Of a stretch of 64,000 bases of DNA, positions 9,347-19,100 are shown in pieces. The position numbers were made by a program, and so were the translations under genes. The notes beneath the pieces are model-generated. The model saw only the letters and a list, made by a program, of their open reading frames with translations. It did no database searches and was not told where the DNA came from. The first letter of the stretch is position 1, and every line of letters starts with the position of its first letter. The DNA comes from Cyanidioschyzon merolae (lineage: Eukaryota), in the NCBI GenBank assembly GCA_000091205.1, contig AP006499.2; one strand, given 5' to 3'.

Positions 9347-11611
9347 ATGGCGGCAGTTCGGACGGCAGGGGAACAGTTTGCTCTAGCATCCTGGGTTGCT
9401 GGCGTCCGGGCATTGTCGAGCACGAGCATCGCTTGCGGAGAGGGAGCTACTGGTGGCAATGGGGCCCAGCGCAATCCGCTACAGCGCTGCAGCGCCTCAA
9501 CCGCAGCACGGATGCGATTTGCAGGCACGTTGGACGCCACGAGTGATACATGCAACTCAGATAAGGTCCGTTTGGGAGTAGCTGATGCCAGGCACCTTGA
9601 GCTTGCGTTCGGAGTGCACGTTATGGAGACGAAAACTCTGGTCCGTTCAGCAGCTGCTGCAGGCTCAAGGTGCCCGCTGCAGCCCCTACTGCTGCAGACG
9701 CACTCTACGCGGTTCGAGCATAGATCTATGGCCCTAAATCCGCGCTGGATGATGCCGTTCACTGCGCCACGGAGTCGTAGTCGAAGCCTAGGATGCGCGC
9801 CTAGCCGTCGCTGTAGACTCGTTTGTGCAGGCGTGGATGACCCGATCGGGAAGAGAGCGCGTCAAGAGGACGCATTTAGTGCATCTATCCCGGGTTCACG
9901 ACTTGATGGCGAAAGGCAGCAATCAAGTTCGAATGTGTCGTCAGACGGCTCAGCGCTAGCATATACTGGCGCTTCGTCGGCAGTGGTGCTCGAAGGCGCG
10001 AATCCGCAGTTAGATGCGAAATATCGGCACTGGCGGGTGCGCGTCTTCTACTCCATCTTTCTCGGTTACGCTTTCTTCTACTTTACGCGTAACTCCTTCA
10101 CGTACACGGCACCGGCGCTACGAGCAGCACTGGGGCTTTCACTCGAACAGCTTGGCGTCATCATGTCCGTGTTCCCGTTAGCATACGGCTTCTCTAAGCT
10201 GTTTCTGGGTATCGCAGCGGATCGATTTTCCAGCCGTGTCTTCATGGCGCTTGGGATCTCGCTCACCGGTCTGGTGAATATTTTCTTTGGATTGCAGTCG
10301 AATGTATACGCGATGACAGCGCTCTGGTTCTTAAATGGGATTTTTCAAGGCAGTGGCGCAGCGCCATGTGCGAAGCTGCTCACTCGCTGGTACAGCAAAA
10401 ATGAGCGAGGAACCTGGTGGGGCCTCTGGAATACCTCCCACAATACTGGCGGATTCTTCATTCCATTGATTGTGGGGTACAGCGTCAAGAGGTTTGGGTG
10501 GCGGTATGGCATGATTGTGCCAGGTGTCTTGGGAATCCTCATGGGCATTTTCCTACTGAACAGGCTGCGTGATTGCCCTGAGGAGGTCGGCCTGCCGCCC
10601 ATTGAAATCTACCGCGATGATCACGCCGAAGATGTTCAGCGAAGGAGCACCGCTGCAACCCGTTCAACGAGTCCCAACGGTGCAGCACCGGGCTCGTCGT
10701 CGTCGCCTGCGAATGCGGAAACCCCAAAGACCGCGGGCAAATCAGCATCCGCACGGGAGCAGGCCGCAACGAACAAGTTCTTAGAAGTCATCGGTAATCC
10801 GTATGTGCTGCTGCTAGCGATCAGTTACTTTTTCATCTACTTTTGTCGCCAGGGCATCAGTTCATGGACCGTTATTTACCTGACGAGCATGGGCGTGCCG
10901 CCACAAGAAGCGGCTTTACGTGTCGGTAGCATGGAGATTGGCGGACTCTGTGGCTCCCTGGTCAGTGGTGCAGTCAGTGATCGGCTTGCTCGCGGCCGCC
11001 GCATTCCCGTCATTCTCTTCTGGATGCTGGGTGTGGTGGCGGCGCTCGTGGCCATGTGGCTCTCGCCCGCCTCTCGGCGCTACTTGTCCATGCTCTGCAT
11101 CTTCACGTTCGGCTTTTTCATTTACGGCCCACAGATGCTCGTCGGCCTGGCCGCAAGCGAAATGGTCAGCCCGGACTCGGTGTCGTCGACCATCGGGTTT
11201 CTCGGTTGGATCGCTTACATAGGCGCAGCAACCAGTGGATACCCGCTGACGCGCATTGTATCTGCGTTGGGCTGGGATGCGTATTTCGCAGCGCTTATCT
11301 GTTGTGCCTGTATTGCTATTCTCCTGCTTTTGCCGATGTGGCGAATTGGTGAACGTCAGGCCAAAGCGATCGCTCGCAAATGGCGAGCGCTTGTCGCGGG
11401 TGCAGCGGCGAACTTTCAAGCACTGCATGTGCAAGACGATGGCCAGTACGTCGACTGTGAAGCGTGTGCGGGAGCAGGCACACGCCTCCGCATGGAATGT
11501 GGCCCTGCAACACCCGCTCAAACAGTTTCCTGTAAGCTCGTGGAAACGCCGTGTGAAAAGTGCTTCGGTACCGGAAGCATTCGGCTTCCTGCGGAAGATG
11601 CAACCCGTTGA
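9347..11611 (+). CDS. MFS sugar-phosphate/glycerol-3-phosphate transporter (GlpT/UhpC/SLC37-like) with a long N-terminal extension and a C-terminal CxxCxGxG zinc-finger pair
   Basis: The core reads YRHWRVRVFYSIFLGYAFFYFTRNSFTYTAPAL...GVIMSVFPLAYGFSKLFLGIAADRFSSRVFMALGISLTGLVNIFFG, with about 12 TM helices. The C-terminal tail carries CEACAGAG and CEKCFGTG. The first ~220 aa are R/S/A-rich and non-conserved, so the start codon is uncertain. Confidence 0.8.
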   Translation: MAAVRTAGEQFALASWVAGVRALSSTSIACGEGATGGNGAQRNPLQRCSASTAARMRFAGTLDATSDTCNSDKVRLGVADARHLELAFGVHVMETKTLVRSAAAAGSRCPLQPLLLQTHSTRFEHRSMALNPRWMMPFTAPRSRSRSLGCAPSRRCRLVCAGVDDPIGKRARQEDAFSASIPGSRLDGERQQSSSNVSSDGSALAYTGASSAVVLEGANPQLDAKYRHWRVRVFYSIFLGYAFFYFTRNSFTYTAPALRAALGLSLEQLGVIMSVFPLAYGFSKLFLGIAADRFSSRVFMALGISLTGLVNIFFGLQSNVYAMTALWFLNGIFQGSGAAPCAKLLTRWYSKNERGTWWGLWNTSHNTGGFFIPLIVGYSVKRFGWRYGMIVPGVLGILMGIFLLNRLRDCPEEVGLPPIEIYRDDHAEDVQRRSTAATRSTSPNGAAPGSSSSPANAETPKTAGKSASAREQAATNKFLEVIGNPYVLLLAISYFFIYFCRQGISSWTVIYLTSMGVPPQEAALRVGSMEIGGLCGSLVSGAVSDRLARGRRIPVILFWMLGVVAALVAMWLSPASRRYLSMLCIFTFGFFIYGPQMLVGLAASEMVSPDSVSSTIGFLGWIAYIGAATSGYPLTRIVSALGWDAYFAALICCACIAILLLLPMWRIGERQAKAIARKWRALVAGAAANFQALHVQDDGQYVDCEACAGAGTRLRMECGPATPAQTVSCKLVETPCEKCFGTGSIRLPAEDATR

Positions 11612-12989
11612 ACCTCGTAATCAAATCGAGTACATGAATGATAGCCCGATGGTACCGCATGGCGATCTACCTGCGACCGCATTGCAGAGAACCAGGTGAT
11701 TCACAGGCTCCCGGTGCGCTCATATGTACTATAAGTGAAAGGCTTGCAGGCAGCATGTCCCGAAATATGAATGCGTTCTCTATCTCGCTACCGTCACCCT
11801 CATGAAAACAGCGAAGAACCCGTAAAGCAGTTTCGAACGGATAGCGACGCTTCACTCGCAATCGGTCCACAGGTCCAGTGTCCATAGCAACATACCTGGA
11901 GCGCGTTTCTGGAGACGATATCATACCTGCGCTTATCCGTGCTGTTGCAGACCGGCATGTGAAGCGCCAGCCCGTCACTCGTTCGACGCAAGTCACGCTG
12001 GGATACGGTGCCGTACTCTAGCGAACCGACGCAAAAGCAGTATGCTGTCGTGTGTCGATGGCGCTTGGGACTTGCACTGCTGCGGTTTGGCGTCTCTGGG
12101 GCGCCACGTCCATCGTGACTCCCGGTCCAGTAACCACCTGGACTGGTCTGGGTTCTGAACTACGCAACTTGGTCACCTTGAACAAACGACATCGGAAGCT
12201 CGGCGGTGATCGCGGTGCTCTCGGACAAGAGACTGCAGCGGAACTGTTTAGCGCAGTGGCGCAGCAGCGAGCGTCTGGAGTTTGATCACTTTATCCCCTT
12301 GGTAGCGTCGTCGCATCCCACAGATAAAGACAACACGATCCAGGAAGAATCTCGGTGCCCAGCGTTTCTCGACGAAGAATTGCGCTTTCGGGGTATCGGA
12401 CGATACCTTCAGCCGCTTGAATCATGCACGTGTACACGGTACCGCTCTTGCGACAAGGCCACTGAGGGCAAGTGCGACCACAGGGCGAGCACGACGCAGG
12501 CAGTAAGCACAGATCAGGTGTCTGGAGTCTCGATCACATGCCGCGGCTCCTTTTGCAAGTCTTCAAGCTTGACTCGGTGCAATTGCCTTCATAGATGCAT
12601 TGCTTGTCGTTTCGGTTGTGTGCACTGGCATCGCTCATGTCGCTCAGGATCGCGTTACCAGCGAGTGCGCACCCTGGACCGGATACTTTTGTACATCCGA
12701 AACACGTACACGGGTGCTTGAGCTCGCCAGTCATACCATCGTATGCTAGAGGAAAGGCGTTTCAGACTCGCTCTTTTTCTGCTCGTTCGCCGAAGCTTCG
12801 CTGTGTCCCAGGCACCAAAAGCGCCTTGTGTAAAACGTGCGAAAAACAGATTCACATACGGGGATTTCTATCTGTCGAAAAGTCTCTGTCACACACGGAA
12901 ACTAGGAGTCATCCGCAAACCGAACGATACGCACCCGAAAGCAACAATTAGGGCCAGAATTTCTGCTGTGATGATGCTCTCGAATCATC

Positions 12990-13799
12990 CTAGTCGGGGC
13001 ACATGAGACTCTCCCGGGTGTCTGTATTGGTGAGCGTGTTCATTCCCTTTGCGTCTGAACGCGAGCAGAGCTTCATCTGCCAGGTGGGTTCCAGCAGCGC
13101 ATCTGTCCAGTCGGTATTCTCAATATTCGCTATGGTCAGGACACTCTCGGTCCAGTAGGTGGAACGCAAGACAGCATTTTGGAAGTTGCTGCCTCGCAAA
13201 ACGGTTTGTTCAAGGGACGCTCCGATAAGCTGAGCATTCTCGAAGTTCGCTTCCGTGAGATCCGCTTTGAAAAATCGAGCCCCAGATAGGTCTGACCCAG
13301 AAAAGTTTGTCTTGCGGCAAGTCGATCCTGAAAAGTCCTTCTGCGACAGTTTCCGATGCGAAAGGTCCTGTTCCGAGAGCTGTTGCCCCGCGTAGTCCAA
13401 GCCGCCCCCTGATATGGCCACAGCGTCCTTCGGGAGACCGCACATCAGACACAGGCCGACGAAGAGCGCAGCCAAGGCTCTCTTCTGACTCTCGCCCGAC
13501 TCTGGCTGGGGCCCAGGACCTACGACTCCTCGCAACAACGCTGTTGCCTGTGCACGGCTGCGCACAGCGAAAGCGCAAGTCTTTCGTTGTTTTTCACATA
13601 CAAGTGCCTGCTGCTTTCCAAAACAATACCTGCAACTCGGCGTTGGCTTCTTCGTCTGCGAACTTGGTGAGCAAGCGTTCACAAAACCTGTTTGTAGGGG
13701 TATCGTTGCCAGCTGTCGAGCAGCCGTTTCTGACCAGGAAGTGTAAGTGGCCCTATTGAGTTCCCTAACTGTCCCAGACATGGTGCTGCAGTTAGACAT
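12990..13799 (-). CDS. pentapeptide-repeat protein (thylakoid-lumen TL15/TL17-like) with a bipartite-looking presequence
   Basis: Consecutive A(D/N)LxX-type pentapeptides: KTNFSGSDLSGARFFKADLTEANFENAQLIGASLEQTVLRGSNFQNAVLRSTYWTESVLTIANIENTDWTDALL. The N-terminus has an S/R/A-rich segment, then the hydrophobic stretch ALAALFVGLCLMCGL, then AVA|ISGG (AxA-like cleavage site). Confidence 0.7.
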   Translation of the reverse strand: MSNCSTMSGTVRELNRATYTSWSETAARQLATIPLQTGFVNACSPSSQTKKPTPSCRYCFGKQQALVCEKQRKTCAFAVRSRAQATALLRGVVGPGPQPESGESQKRALAALFVGLCLMCGLPKDAVAISGGGLDYAGQQLSEQDLSHRKLSQKDFSGSTCRKTNFSGSDLSGARFFKADLTEANFENAQLIGASLEQTVLRGSNFQNAVLRSTYWTESVLTIANIENTDWTDALLEPTWQMKLCSRSDAKGMNTLTNTDTRESLMCPD

Positions 13800-14539
13800 G
13801 CATGAGTGTTTTGCTCGAACCTAAACTCTATCAGGCTTTGAGGTACCAACTTTAAGCGCCGAAGTGCTCGTCCAGCGGCACCTGACGCGTTGTCCCAGTG
13901 CCAAGCCAACGAGTTCTCCATTCGAGATGCAGCTGCGCGATGCACTCCAAGCACAGAGGTGTTCGGGATGAGGCTAGTGGAAGCACTTCACACCGTATCG
14001 TCGTGCAAGTTTGGTAGCTTTCATCTCGGGAACAATTTCAATGTCGCTTTTTGGGAATTTGCATCTTAATGAGTCGGGTAGGTGGTTTTGGTGTCCGTAG
14101 CAACATCAGAGACAGCAAAGCTTATGCGAAAAGCTGCTGTGCGTGTAGGCTACGATTCAATGCAGGAGGTGTTCGAGGCTGCATTTGTTTATCGGGTAGT
14201 CGGATACCATTGATGTATGTGAGAATAAAATGAAACGGGTCCACTTATGTGATATGGGTGCACCTGCTGAAGTTTGGGTGGCTTCCCACAGTCATCAACA
14301 CCAGCCTCGGAGTGCCTTCTCTACGACTGCTTCCTCGTTCCTCTCTGTTATCTCGCGCTTTAAAAACGCCGGACTCTCTGTTCTATCCAGTTCCGTTGTC
14401 AGTAGTTGAACGATGTTGATAGCGGTTTCAAGTCACGATTTCGCGGCTTCCAGCTGTTGTCGCGGTATTTGACGCATAGGCGGACCTCGAGATCTAACGC
14501 TCGCATCCCATTTTCATCTTCTTTGAATACATTTCCATT

Positions 14540-15150
14540 GAGGTCCTCGTAGCGGTGACACTTGTCAGGTTTTCCTGTATACCCACAGTAGCTCCTTATG
14601 CTTCGAGGCCGCCCTGTGGCGTATGAAGCCCTGCGTCATCGCTCGGTACTTAACCTTGAAGGGTACCGAAGACTCTCCTCGACGTCATCCTGCGTTACCG
14701 CGCCCGATAGCGTACAATACGATCAGGGGCTTCCTCTGGGCGAGCCCTTCAGCTATCACACTGTCTGCTTCACGAGCAAGCGAACGCTGTTCGATTCAAC
14801 GGAGGATTTCTGGAACGCGATGCTCTCCTTGATGAAACGAGAACCAGAAGGAACATCCAGGCTGGGGAACAGTTCGAGAAACGTCGAGCCGTCTAGACTC
14901 GCTTGCTGCGAAGCGACGATGCACGCCCCATTAGAAGAGAGCCTCGGGATGGTTCGAGTTCGAGTCCAAGACACTTGGATCGAAACCGAAGAGACGAAAG
15001 CCCCCCAAAGCATATCCCGCGACATGTATCGCGCTGCCTTCGGATTGCGTTCCTTCGATGGCCACAACGAAAGCAGGATATACCTTTCGAGCGAAATCGA
15101 TTGCTTGACGTGAAAAGTTCTGGGATGCATCAGCACGAGCGTATGTGCAA
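14540..15150 (+). repeat. ~600-bp dispersed repeat, copy A (inverted partner at 21180-21790)
   Basis: ccttgatgaaacgagaaccagaaggaacatccaggctgg aligns with the reverse complement of 21430-21470 (ccttgatgaaacgagtaccggaaggcaaatccgagctgg). Homology is traceable from gtagcggtgacacttg to ctttcgagcgaaatcgattgcttgacgtgaaaag. Long ORFs are open on both strands but no domain was recognised. Confidence 0.65.
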
Positions 15151-15229
15151 ATCGTGAAGAGACGGCGTGGAGTCTCTCTCTGTATATGCAGCGTCGCGCA
15201 GCGCTGCGCCCATGCTTTTTCTTAAAACC

Positions 15230-15390
15230 GAAAGATCGAAAACTTGAAGCAATCTGTATGTAAGGAAAGGAGAACCGTGGATGCTTTTTTCTACGGACTG
15301 GATAATCATATCGGTTCTGGTACAAACTTCTATTCGAGGGTGTCTCGAAACATCGTGATTCCGGTGACTTGGCGAATTCCAGCGGCAAAA
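15230..15390 (+). repeat. ~190-bp dispersed element family, copy A
   Basis: It shares ordered blocks with 32465-32645 and 46570-46755: gaaagat(c/t)gaaaacttgaag, ggaaagg/gagaa..cgtggat(g/a)c, ..ggat(a/t)..gg, and ..gaattccagcggcaa / gcattccagcggcagcac / gaattctagcggcaac. Confidence 0.6.
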
Positions 15391-16141
15391 TGTCGAAGAA
15401 TCCACTACATAACGACGACCGGGAACCCAAAAACACCATATGAACCCTTAGTCCCTCATTGCTACACCATAACGATCATGGCAGTGGATCTAAAATGGTT
15501 CATAAATGAATGGAAAGCTACGAACCGAGCGCGGAGTTCAATGTTCCGATTTTTATCTGACACTGGAGTATCGAGATGCGGAAGGTTTTGCTTAACAACA
15601 CAGTACGCGCTGTCTTGTAATTTCAACGTGCTTGGGCATGCCTCTTTGACGCATTCGAGCACCAACGAAAGACGCATTTCATTCCTTCTTGATGAAGAAT
15701 ATCGTACCGAAACGATCTGTATCAAAATGACCGATAACGTATCCTGAGGCCGTGTCCAGTTGCGAACGGGCGCTGTCATGGCCCCGAGCCTGTGCACTTC
15801 GTGCTGCTGCGAATACGCAGCTTCTAGAGCACGCCGTGCCTATGCCCGAAGCACCATTCAAAGACGCTCTATTGAGTGGACCCAAGTCCGTGTGAAGGAC
15901 CTGCCGATGATCAGGGAACGCGCCTGACTGGTAGCACAAGGGCTCCTGGCACACGGCTTGGCTGTTGCGGTTTGGCGAGCTTTTCCCAGTTCGAACAGTG
16001 CGTCTGTGAATAGGTCGCTCAAGCGTCGATCACGTTGAATTTCTGTTGCTGACCCCAAACGAAAGCTTTGTAAAGGAGAGGAGCGCGAAAGGTGCCGCTC
16101 GGGAGCTTGTCTTGCGAACAAACACGAGAACCTTTCCAAAC

Positions 16142-19100
16142 ATGTTCATCTTTCACCCGAACGTCGTTCGCGCAGCGCTAGCTGCGAAACTCACCCTGGG
16201 CTTCTTTCTAACTAGCCTGCTGGTCACCGTCAATGATTTCCGGGAGCAACTATCGTGCTGGGCTCCTCTTTTGTACACGATTCTTGTGGGTCCTCTGAGC
16301 GAGTTCAGCTACACGGGTGCCATTCAACGCACAGTATCGGGGTTGTTGTACGGTTCGCTTCTGGGTACGGCTTGTGCTGCTGTGGTGTTTTTCTTGGCAC
16401 GCTATTATGTATGGCTGCGCGTTATCTGCATCTTTGTTATTTTCATACCTATAAGTATACTTCGTCTGAGCGATCAGCATGCGCTGTTCTCAATCTTCAC
16501 CGCAGTCGCGCTTGGTCTCGTGCTCAATGCTGCCCTGGTGTCGCAAGCACTCGAATCCGACACGTCTACAGCGAGCAACATTGGGCGCTCTCTCGCGGAG
16601 ACAACTTCCTCGGTGCAGTCGCTTATGCGACAGTTTTGCATTTCTGCCTCAGTGGCATATGTTGTTGGCGTTTTTATTGGCGTCGTTGTGTTACCAGTGC
16701 CGGCTTCAGCTGCTTTGCGGGATAGACTTGAACGCGTCCTCCAGGAGCTGGGTAAGCAAGCGAGCGCGCTAGCTAGCGAGCTCTTTGGATTGGTAGCACA
16801 GGCCGAGGGCGCATGGCGAGAGATCCAGCGGCATAGCAAGAAAACATCTGGAGAAGCCGCCTCCACAGAAGAGTTGCAGGATTCTGACGGCATGTTATCG
16901 GCAACGACGACGACGATGGCAACCAGCGCGCAGTCGCCGCTGTCCGGCCTGAGGGGGAATGGGAAGCGCGTTGAACAATGTTTCAGCGTTGACTTTACTT
17001 TTTTAGACGAAGAAGACTATGCGGCACTTCACGAGGAGGGCGCTCTCTTCCTACAAGAGCAGGTTTGGGAACTGCAGTCACTTGTCGGATTCGCTTATCG
17101 AGAATGGACCTTTCCGGAAGTTACATGCGATCTTTCGATCACGGCATGGGCACGGATGATTCTTGCTGTTCGAGAGATCGTCTCGCGTCTTGCGGGTGTT
17201 GAATGCATCCTCAGCGAAAGACGCCGACGATCTGGGTACAGTATGGGTCTGGCGCTGGATCAGCTCTTTCGGCAGTCACTCGTTGATGTGATGCGCATGT
17301 GGGCCATCATCTCTGCGAGCTGTTATCAGTTATCGGGAATGCTTGCAGACTCACATTGGCGATGGTATCGTTGGACCGCGCAACGGCACCTGGGGAAGCG
17401 CTCCCGCCATCGAGCATTCTCTGTGTTGAAAACGCTGCTCGAAACGAAGAGCCTTATGCGTATTCGACAAAGCGCGCTCGCTAGTGGGCTTGTCGGCTAC
17501 GAAAAGTACTGGCAGCAAATGATGATGCTTTACCAGCAACAGCAGCAACACGATCATTGCAATGACCGTAATGCGTATAAGCTTGACCGCAACGGATCGC
17601 GCTGCACTGCGCTATTTGCTGAAGACGTTAGCGCTGCCTGGTTCAGCGCCATCATGATGCATCGCATTTTGGATGCAGTGCTAGAAGCGTATCACGCTGC
17701 AGAGGCGTTTGCGCCTCCACCAGAGACTAGTGCACTGCCTCTGTCCGGTCGGCTCCGTTCCGGTGCTGATCGTGTTCGAACACTCTTGTTCAACCTCGTG
17801 AGCGAGTTTTTCGCATTGCCCATCCAGATCGGAACGGATGTTCTACAGCTTGGCCTTCGATTGCGTGTTTTGCGCTGGAACGATGTTCGGGAAATGCTGC
17901 GCACCCATCACTGGCAGGTTGTTTTCTTCTGGAAATTTTTCCTGCTTTCAGCGACAACGCTCTCGGTGGTTACGAGCATTCCAAACAAAACAGCGCTGCG
18001 GAGCGACTGGAACATTATTTGGCTGTACTACTCGGTAATAATCACAGCGAGACCCACAACGGAATCCGCAGTAAGCATTGGTCTCATGCGCGTGAGCGGG
18101 ACCATCATCGGGGCTGCTTTGGGCTTTCTGGTCATGTTTCGACCGGTCATTGGGACCAACGCCTACGCCGTCACCGCTCTAAGCGTTTTTGTCCTCTACA
18201 TTCTCTTCTACCTGGCGCATTTGAATCGCCACAAGTGGTTGCAGTACGCATCGCGAGTCGGAGTTCTAACGTACACGCTGGTGGTGATGTGCCAGTACCA
18301 AGGCGTCAATTACGTCGCCCAATGGCAGTACGCCTTGAGTCGCTGCGTCATGACCTGTGCGGGTGTGCTGCTCGCCGTGCTTGTCGTTGCCGCCTTGTCT
18401 CCACGAATGGCAGTGCGTGAATCGCGCCAAACCCTGGGACAGGTCTTCCGTGCCGCGGCGGAGGCAGCACGCTCCTTTCATGCCGTTTACGTGACCCGCG
18501 ATACTTCGACACAGTTACCCGCTAGATTAGACCCTGCGTTTCTACTGGAACACTATTCGAACTTTAGTTCACTGATGCGTTCACCATCATTAGTGACGCT
18601 GTTGAGAGAACACGACGCTGCGGATGAAACACGACAGCGTCGTGCTGCGCGAGCGACTACCGCCAATGCAGCAGCAGACGCAGAAGCTACGTCCACGCAG
18701 GCACTGAATTCTTTCAGTGACCGGGCAGCGTCGCTATTACTCCAAAGGATAACAACAGATCTTATGGTGGCACGTGCCGCTGTCCGTCCAGCGTTCGGTG
18801 GTAACACACAGTTCACAATGTGGCGCTCAGGATTATTCAGTGCGCCGCAATACATCTTGCGCGGTATAGACAGTTCGTGGCTGCTGTTGCTGCGTTTGGA
18901 AGTTATTGAGGGTGTTCTCGAGCGTCCTCCGATTTATACGAACCGCTACACGGGAGCAGCGATACGTTTATTTATTCAACCGCTCGAGTCGGAGTGGCGC
19001 GCTCTTTTCGATGCACTGCACGCGCTCAGCGAAGCAATTCATGCGTACCTATCAGCGTTTTCGCTTTGGCATGATCTCGGGCTCGAGCGGGCATGCCGAT

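Noticed and set aside
9223-9762. 179-aa minus-strand ORF upstream of or overlapping the MFS gene start
   Set aside because: Ala/Arg/Ser-rich reverse-frame artefact of GC-rich DNA. No motif.
14756-15439. 227-aa minus-strand ORF (with 171-aa and 182-aa ORFs in the partner repeat)
   Set aside because: It lies entirely within dispersed repeats. Frames are open on both strands, no domain is recognisable, and the partner copy does not preserve the reading frame consistently.
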